A stretch of 64,000 nucleotides of DNA from Octopus sinensis (taxonomy: Eukaryota): contig NC_043004.1 in assembly GCF_006345805.1 (NCBI RefSeq), forward strand, positions 55,862,001 through 55,926,000. The letters are read 5' to 3'. A program made the translations under genes and the position numbers. Below the pieces are notes generated by a model. That model was given only the letters and a program-made list of their open reading frames with translations, was not told the origin of the DNA and did not search any database. Positions 55,774-64,000 of the stretch are shown here, in pieces (within the stretch, counting starts at the first letter, position 1; each line of letters begins with the position of its first letter).

Positions 55774-55953
55774 AGAAAATACCTTAGGAATGAGAACCCA
55801 GGTTCGAAATTTCCCCAAGACACTTGAAGAAGGCTGGAGGGTATATCAGCCGAAACGTTGTGTCAATAACAAACAAGATGAGGGCAAATATCCGTTGAAT
55901 GTAAATAAGGTAAATAATGCACATAATTCCTCATCTTTTAAATATAGAACTGT
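55559..55953. mobile_element. Inverted pair of Penelope-type pLTR pieces, each with a hammerhead (55614-55659 minus; 55819-55864 plus)
   Basis: GACAC-CTGAGGA-A-GGCTG…CAGTC-GAAAC-GTT-GTGTT; second copy core TTGAAGA; flanking repeat aactgtattggttgtg; same family as 40390-40523. Confidence 0.75.
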
Positions 55954-57172
55954 ATTGGTTGTGTTTGCAAAGTTACAACAACACTTTAAGGAAGTTTTCT
56001 GTTACGAAAATGGAAAACAAAAAGCTGATAATGAAAGAACCGACGGAAGATGTCCCTTATGCGGACTCATCAGCTCGTTAAAGATATATACTTTACCTTT
56101 CACTGGTTTCAGTCATTTGATTGCGGCTATGCTGGCGGTTAGTCGAACAAATCAGTACTTGTTTTTAAAGCCTAGTACTTACCTTATTAGTCTCTATTGT
56201 AGAATTGCTAAGTTGAGGGGTGGGGCATAAACAAACCAACACCGGTTGTCAAGCGATAGTGAACGACACACATACACACAGAAACGTTACGAACACATAC
56301 ACGTACATGTACAACAGGTTTCATCCAGTTTTCGTCTACAAAATCTCACTCACAAGTCTTTGGTCGGGCTGTCACTATAGTAGACGACACTTGCCCAAGG
56401 TGACATACGTTGGATCTGACTCAGGAACATGTGGCTGAGAAGCGAACTTCTTACCGCAAAACTATGCATCTACAGAAAACGAAAGCAAGATATTAAACCG
56501 ATTTCTTTATTACCCTTTTATCATATGGATGATAAAAGATAATGATATACGAAAAATGCGCCACCCACCTCACCTCAGTAGCATCATTTATGTCCTTTTC
56601 ACACCCGGTTACAGTTGATCCCATATTGTTCCTTTAATTTTTCATTTTCTATCTCGTCCGGTACGTCCTTTATATTACACACCACTTCTTTAAAATGAGA
56701 GTGAGATATTAAACTAAGACATGAAAAAGCTACTTTCCTAAATAACGAGTTACATAACAGAACAATAAGGGAGACTGTTCATGGTACAGGCCATGGTGTT
56801 TCTGAGTGTGATGGATAAAGTTTTAAACTCGGGATCATGGAATGGGGTTGACGGAACATAGTATGACACGATGGAAAAGAGACAAATGTGCCGGTTGGGC
56901 TTATGTGAAGAAGAGGGAAGGCAAGCAGAGAGGAAGATATTCTAGCTGCGATAGAAATGGCGTAAAGCGGGAGAAAATGTGAGCCGAGCCAGAGGTTAAA
57001 GATTATCGATGTATGAATCTTTATCAATCAGTCAAATGCACATGTTTGAGATGCTGTTAATGGTGTGTGCGTGTGTGTGAAATAGCAATACTGCCCTATA
57101 CAAAAGCGTAATTAAAAGTGCTTTTACATATGACACAAATTTCAAGATCGGTTTGGTTTACACACACACACA

Positions 57173-57239
<67 letters not shown>

Positions 57240-57250
57240 TACACACACAC

Positions 57251-57898
57251 GTGCACACACACACAGACGCACATCACTGTATTAAAAATCTGTTGGATGT
57301 CGTGGTACATCAACCGTCACAATTGCGCTTCCTCGCATTGTCGTGGCTTTCGAATACTGGCTAGGCGGACAGTGCTACATTCACCCTGATCTAATTGCCA
57401 GTCCGCTGCAGGGTTACCCGTTTACAAATTATTGAACTCGGAGCAAGGTGATGTGAAGTTTTTGTTCAAGAACACAAAACTCTATCGGTCTGGAAATCGC
57501 AATCACGATCGCAAGATTGTGAGTGCTACACTTTAACCACTGGGACACGTGCCTTCACACACACACACACAACACACACACACATACACACACACGTGCA
57601 CACACACACAGACGCACATCACTGTATTAAAAATCTGTTGGATGTCGTGGTACATCAACCGTCACAATTGCGCTTCCTCGCATTGTCGTGGCTTTCGAAT
57701 ACTGGCTAGGCGGACAGTGCTACATTCACCCTGATCTAATTGCCAGTCCGCTGCAGGGTTACCCGTTTACAAATTATTGAACTCGGAGCAAGGTGATGTG
57801 AAGTTTTTGTTCAAGAACACAAAACTCTATCGGTCTGGAAATCGCAATCACGATCGCAAGATTGTGAGTGCTACACTTTAACCACTGGAACACGTGCC

Positions 57899-57900
<2 letters not shown>
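57251..57900. repeat. Tandem duplication, period 345 bp, bounded by (CA)n, containing a SINE fragment
   Basis: 57251-57555 vs 57596-57900 nearly identical. Confidence 0.9.
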
Positions 57901-57941
<41 letters not shown>

Positions 57942-58379
57942 GCACTCACGCGCACACATAAATGTGTATGCGTATGTGTGTTCATATTTGTGTATGTATC
58001 CATACACAGATGCACATACACACACACATGCACGCGCACATAGAAGTGTGTGTATGTATCTGTGTGCGTGTATGGATTTGTGTGTCGGTGCGTATGTAAT
58101 ATTAAATCAAAATAAATTGTTACAGATGGCCATATTAAGCTGTAAACCAACTAATCAGTCTAATATTGGTATTTGGTTTGGTTCAGCTGATGGACGATAT
58201 CTTTAGAAATGAGAGGGCCTAAAAATAGGTACAGAAGATAAAGAGCTTCTGTATATTAAAGATGAGAAGTGAATATCCATGGAGCAGGAATTGTAGTAAC
58301 AAACATAATAGACTAATCCTAGCTTATATGTTAGAAGGAAACAGGATTTAGTTGTGTGGTAGATTTGTAGACATGGATA

Positions 58380-58414
<35 letters not shown>

Positions 58415-58600
58415 TAAGCAATAAAGGGTTTAGCAACGAATTGCCTTACCACATACCGAATTTAGAAATAGCAGTCAAAGAGTTATAGCTATTTCTTCTA
58501 CTAAAAAGGGAGATCTCAGTAAAAACAGCAATTGGAAGGCAGACACAAACAGGTAAGAGAGAATGAATTGACGGCAATCTATCATACAATTTTAAGTTAT

Positions 58601-58698
58601 CTACGGACGTACGTTTCGAAATCAAGTTTTTAGGAAAGCATAAGAATTAAATATTAAATAATTCTATCTTACCAAAACTTCTTTTCTCTTCAGCGTAG
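58601..58698 (-). ncRNA. Type I hammerhead ribozyme
   Basis: CTACG-CTGAAGA-GAAA…long stem II…TTTC-GAAAC-GTAC-GTC-CGTAG; palindromic stem III, GUC site. Confidence 0.8.
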
Positions 58699-59191
58699 AA
58701 TACTATAATCATAAATGATTATATATTGAATTTTGAGATACTAGAAGGCACCAACTCAACTCAGTATCAGAGCGAGCTAGAATCCGCAACTAGTATCACC
58801 AATTCAATGTGTGAATGAAAAGATTGTGTCACCAGCCCCTTCCCACCCGCGTGTAACCAAAACAAGATGCTGTGGTCATCTACTGAGATAAAATATGGTT
58901 ATCCGTAATAATGAAGGGTGAAATTAATTAATTTGGAATAATTATCAATTACACCAAGTAGTCTTCGGCATGTAAAAGCCTCATTCGAGGAAAATTTAAG
59001 TAATACTAAGCAATAAAGGGTTAGCAACGAATTGCCTTACCACATACCGAATTTAGAAATAGCAGTCAAAGAGTTATAGCTATTTCTTCTACTAAAAAGG
59101 GAGATCTCAGTAAAAACAGCAATTGGAAGGCAGACACAAACAGGTAAGAGAGAATGAATTGACGGCAATCTATCATACAATTTTAAGTTAT

Positions 59192-59289
59192 CTACGGACG
59201 TACGTTTCGAAATCAAGTTTTTAGGAAAGCATAAGAATTAAATATTAAATAATTCTATCTTACCAAAACTTCTTTTCTCTTCAGCGTAG
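59192..59289 (-). ncRNA. Type I hammerhead ribozyme (second copy)
   Basis: Identical to 58601-58698. Confidence 0.8.
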
Positions 59290-59711
59290 AATACTATAAT
59301 CATAAATGATTATATATTGAATTTTGAGATACTAGAAGGCACCAACTCAACTCAGTATCAGAGCGAGCTAGAATCCGCAACTAGTATCACCAAATTCAAT
59401 GTGTGAATGAAAAGATTGTGTCACCAGCCCCTTCCCACCCGCGTGTAACCAAAACAAGATGCTGTGGTCATCTACTGAGATAAAATATGGTTATCCGTAA
59501 TAATGAAGGGTGAAATTAATTAATTTGGAATAATTATCAATTACACCAAGTAGTCTTCGGCATGTAAAAGCCTCATTCGAGGAAAATTTAAGTAATACTA
59601 AGCAATAAAGGGTTTAGCAACGAATTGCCTTACCACATACCGAATTTAGAAATAGCAGTCAAAGAGTTATAGCTATTTCTTCTACTAAAAAGGGAGATCT
59701 CAGTAAAAACA

Positions 59712-59747
<36 letters not shown>

Positions 59748-59748
<1 letters not shown>

Positions 59749-62720
59749 AACTGCTCGAAAACCGCAACCATATACCGATGTTCAACACTGCTGAATGCCT
59801 TAGACCAGGGGTGGGCAAACTACGGCCCGCCATAGGTTTTCATGCGGCCCGCCGAGAGCTTTAATGAATCCCAACTTCTATGTAGATACTTCGTAACTGT
59901 ACGGTAATTCACAATATTTTCACTTGATTTTTATAAATGAGGCCCGCCAAGGTTCCAAAGACGCACTGTGCGGCCCGCGATCAAAAAAGTTTGCCCACCC
60001 CTGCCTTAGACCGACCTAAATGGATCAGGAATTTTAGCTTCCCTCTTTAAGGTATATCATATGAGGTGGAGATTGCCGTGTATTGTTCTGTTTGGGATAT
60101 CGTAGGTTTGTGCCTCCCCAACCAGTTTATCCACGACACGCACCAACATCTTCGCTAATACCTTGACCAAAATCTTCAACTCTGCACTGAACATAGTGAT
60201 GGGCCTAAAATTATACATGAAGTTCCCCTTATTTGGATCCTTTCTTTGCAGCACCACGACTCCCCAGCTTACGTTCTGCTGCCAGTTGGCGTAAATGCTT
60301 GCTAGTAGGTGTTCTAACAAACCTGGCATGTTGTCCCTGACGCAGTCTGACGAGAGCTCTTCCACCTCCACGCCTGTGATCGGCCCTTCACAGCACTCCG
60401 CTTCCCGCCCCGAGAGTTGCAGCAAGCCGGCGAGGAAGTCCGTGAAGTCCCACTTGCCCCGCTGGTTCGCCACTCGTCCCAAATAGGTGTGCGAAATGCT
60501 GGTTGAAAGACCTTACACATTAAATCGGGTTCGTTTATTGTTCACCCCTGCTGGTCGACCAAAGATCTTATGGTGGCATCGTTGCCACGTTGAGCTTCTA
60601 CTACACGGGCCCATCGAGTGGCGTTGATTCCGTTGTCCCATTGAACGTACCTTAGCTCTGACAATGCATCCTTCGTGTTTGGCATTGAGGTGTTGGTCGA
60701 GAGCCAATCTCACTGGCAAGACGTTGGATGCAGTGCCTGTTCTCATTGCCTCTTTTATAGACCTAATTCCCTTTCTAAACTATTTTTCTTATGTGCTAGC
60801 TCTTTACTAAATCTAATTGACTCAATTCTGATGGCTTTTTTGAGTGAGTACAACCATTTATTGCTTAGGATAGCGCCTGTTAAAGCCCTCTTGAGTAGCT
60901 CCCTAATCCGATTACTGCCTGTTTCACATGCCAGGAGTGACTTGTTTAACTTTCAGTAACCGGGGTCCTGTCTACTAAAGATATCTAAGTCAAGCCTACA
61001 GGTCACGAATTTGTGGTCTGTGTTGGTGACGATACTGAATTGTGGACAACTAATACTATTTTTATCTGCTACTCTCATAAATACCTTGTCTAAGTATGTC
61101 TTCGCCACCGCCCTTACCGTCTCTGTGCCTACTATTACTTTCACCCAATCATGAGAAACAGTAGGGGTGTCATTGAATAGTGAGATAGGGGGGTCTAAGT
61201 GTGACAATGACACACAGAAATTAGTTTTAGCATTTATTATATTAGATGTATATGAATTCTGTGTTCGCTGGTATATTTGAGTTATATGGGGCTTGGTATG
61301 GGGTAACGTTTGGATTATTGTGAGAGAGTTCTACTAGAGTGCTGTTATTGGTGCCGATTGCAGTGATGTTTATTATTGTGCCTGGGGGTAATGGGTTGAG
61401 TGTTTGGGGTTCATGTATGAGTGCTGTGAGTGAAGGTAGTTTTCCTTTTACGACTTTTTTTCGCTACTTGCTTTCATTTATTGCCTGTTTTGATTAGTAG
61501 TTGGGGGTGCATTGTCCAGGGCACCTCTCTTGAGGTTTTTGTTTCACCCCTCAGAGCTTCAGATGTGGGTTCCTTGGGAATAGTGATAGTTGGTTCGTCG
61601 TTTTTTTCCTTTGGGGTCGTCGGTTTGTGGGGGTTGTTGGGTGGAGGGGTACTGTTGATGGTTGTTCTTGTGGACATTCGGCTCTACTTTACCCTTTTAG
61701 TCCACACTTATAACATCTAGATTTTCTTCCCTCCACCATAACTCTCAGTGTGGTCTCGTCCGGTAACAGCGCCTGGTCTGGTAAATCTTCCAAATCTTGT
61801 TGGGTGGCCTAGATTACAAGTTCCAGGCCTTGCCCCCACCAGTTTTGCTGGTGTAGCTTAGTGACTTAGTGGATGGTGACTCTGTCTTCCAGGTTCAGTA
61901 ACAAGGCCGCCACAAGCCTTACCACGTCTATCTCCGTTGGGATCTCCCCTATCTTAATTTTTGATGTACGTTTCCCGAGGTAGGTCGGAAGCAGCACCAG
62001 GTCTGCCGTTTTTAAGGAAGTTGTAGAGTGCATTTTAGCTTTCTCCTCAGAGTCGAACTTTGCTTCCACTGAGGCAAAACGTTTCCCTCTGGCAACATAT
62101 TTGATATCATGCCAGATTGGCTGGAGACACTTTTCTATTACTTCTTTTGATGCCATATCTATCTTTTTTGTTTTTAATGAGAGCGTTTTATAAATGATGG
62201 GTTTCTACTTTGTTGTATGTATCACGTACTCACGGGGCTGGGGGTCAATTTAACGTTAGTTCCTTCCTTTTCCGCGAGAAATTTGTATATTATCTAGTTC
62301 TCTCGGGCCGACTTGGACCGTTTCGCTTGTGACACCGGTTACTGCTGCAAATTTTACCTTGTTATTACTTGTTTGTAGTTTTGTTTTGAGGTTTGTAGCT
62401 TTTTGTCATTCTCAAGGCTTGGGAGTTGGGGAAACATTTGCTGGTATAATTCTTCTAGGAGGCTTTCATGTATCTCGTTATGGTGGGCCATTCCTGTTTG
62501 TTCGGTATCCATTTCTGTGTAAACATTTTTACACAAGAGAGAGATAAAAATAATTCAATAATTCAGTCCTGAGCAGGGGGAATTCATAAAAAAAGAAACC
62601 AACCTGCTAATGCAAGTAACGTGTCAAAGGGATACAGAACACAGCAAAAAGTGGTAACAAATCAAAAATGAACGGCGAACCAAAAAGGAGAGCTACAATT
62701 AAAACGGCAGCAGCAAAAAA
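59748..62720 (-). mobile_element. Decayed Tx1/L1-clade LINE (ORF1 remnants, APE endonuclease, N-terminal RT)
   Basis: YLDKVF…TDHKFV…PGY(W), KDPNKG..NFRPITM…KILVKVLA, EAQT..IPNRTIHGNLHLI, SKAF..VEHRY. Confidence 0.8.
59806..60003. mobile_element. hAT-type MITE inserted in the LINE RT
   Basis: Perfect TIR caggggtgggcaaact / agtttgcccacccctg; exact 8-bp TSD ccttagac. Confidence 0.92.
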
Positions 62721-62798
62721 CACATCTCTTAATTAAGAAGGCATTAAAATAGATTGACTCTCTCCAGGCACAACAATATCCGTCCTTGTTTTCGTAAA

Positions 62799-62942
62799 CA
62801 TTCGCTGCTTTCTTCCAAGGAATCTAATGCTCTTAGCTTAGGTCTTTCCTTGGGCCTGGCCAGATTGGAACAATCTCGAGTATAACCAGCCGAAATTGCA
62901 AAGATAATCTGGAACTCGACTGAGGATAAAAAATTCCGAATG
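62799..62942 (+). ncRNA. Non-canonically ordered hammerhead-like ribozyme (copy B)
   Basis: CCAGATT..CAAT-C-TCGAGT..CAGCC-GAAATTG..AATCTGG.ACTCGA-CTGAGGA. Confidence 0.6.
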
Positions 62943-63006
62943 ACTCATCCTTATTATCTTTGTATCGTCTGTCTGGATGTTTTGCGTTCTTGTACCATTT
63001 TTGTAT

Positions 63007-63039
<33 letters not shown>

Positions 63040-63135
63040 TATATTATATATATAAAGTAAAAAATATATACAAACTGGGACAAGAACGTGAAACGTGAAA
63101 CACCTAGAAGACGACACAAGAACCACAGGACGGGA

Positions 63136-63279
63136 CATTCGAAGCCCTCAGTCATCAGTCAAGAACCAGATCATCTTCGCAATTTCGGCTGATTAATCTT
63201 GAGATTGCTCCGACCTGGGCAGCCCCCAAGGGAAATCTAAGCCAAGCGCATTAGATCCCTTGGAAGAAAGCTTCGAATG
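63136..63279 (-). ncRNA. Non-canonically ordered hammerhead-like ribozyme (copy A)
   Basis: GGCTG.CCAGGTC..GCAAT-C-TCAAGA..CAGCC-GAAATTGC..GATCTGG.TCTTGA-CTGATGA; closing stem CATTCGAAGC/GCTTCGAATG. Confidence 0.65.
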
Positions 63280-63529
63280 TATACAACACAAGGACGGAAA
63301 ACGGACGATGTACACGAATAAAAATACAAAAATACGTGAAAACAATAAGGAAAGCACGAATATATAGAAAGGCAGAAAGGTTGGAGCGAGAGAAGGAATT
63401 TTTCTCAAGGTATGGTGAAGGCTGTAATGCATTTTTCTCATAGGTGTGCTCGATCAAAACCGATCCAAGTGTGAATACCAGCATGAGTAACAGCATCAAT
63501 ATCGACTATTATTAATACCCCTACCCCAA

Positions 63530-64000
63530 CCACCATCACCATCACCGCCGCCACCACAGATCATCACCACCATCACCACCACCATACCACCATCACCACC
63601 ACCACCGCCACCACCGCCATCACCGCCACCATCACCACCACCACCACCACCACCACCACAATCACCACCACCATCACCATCACCACCATCACGACCACCA
63701 CCAACACCATCACCATCCCATCACCATCACCATCACCACCATCACCACCACCACTACCACTACCACCATCACCACCACCATCACCACCACCACCGCCATC
63801 ACCACCATCACCACCAACACCAACACCATCACCATCACCACCACCATCACCATCACCACCATCACCACCATCACCACCACCACCGCCATCACCACCATCA
63901 CCACCAACACCAACACCATCACCATCACCACCACCATCACCATCACCACCACCATCACCATCACCATCACCACCATCACCACCAGCACCAGCACCACCAC
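63530..64000. repeat. (CAC/CAT)n cryptic trinucleotide repeat
   Basis: Direct reading. Confidence 0.95.

Larger units (their letters stand above)
58412..59714 (-). mobile_element. Retrozyme-like tandem array: ~2.2 x 592-bp units in (TA)n
   Basis: Units start at 58412, 59004, 59596; differ only by homopolymer indels; one HHR per full unit. Confidence 0.85.

Overview
AT-rich, repeat-saturated eukaryotic DNA; the SINE, RTE and microsatellite landscape suggests a coleoid cephalopod, probably Octopus (inference). No intact protein-coding gene is supportable. The window holds many tRNA-derived SINEs of about three families, 5'-truncated RTE LINEs carrying a PHD-like finger, a decayed R4/Dong-like and a decayed Tx1/L1-like LINE, three mariner relics, hAT MITEs, a head-to-tail Helitron dimer, Penelope-like fragments and long microsatellites. 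The left ~30 kb looks CpG-depleted, like a methylated intron of a minus-strand gene; there is a candidate exon at 3669-3739 and a promoter-like region near 33.6-33.9 kb. The main finding is a dense set of hammerhead-ribozyme (HHR) motifs. These include a ~592-bp tandem retrozyme-like array and a covarying HHR family (6.9/7.6 kb, 62.8 kb, 63.2 kb) whose three core strands lie in an order matching none of types I/II/III, which predicts trans/dimeric cleavage.
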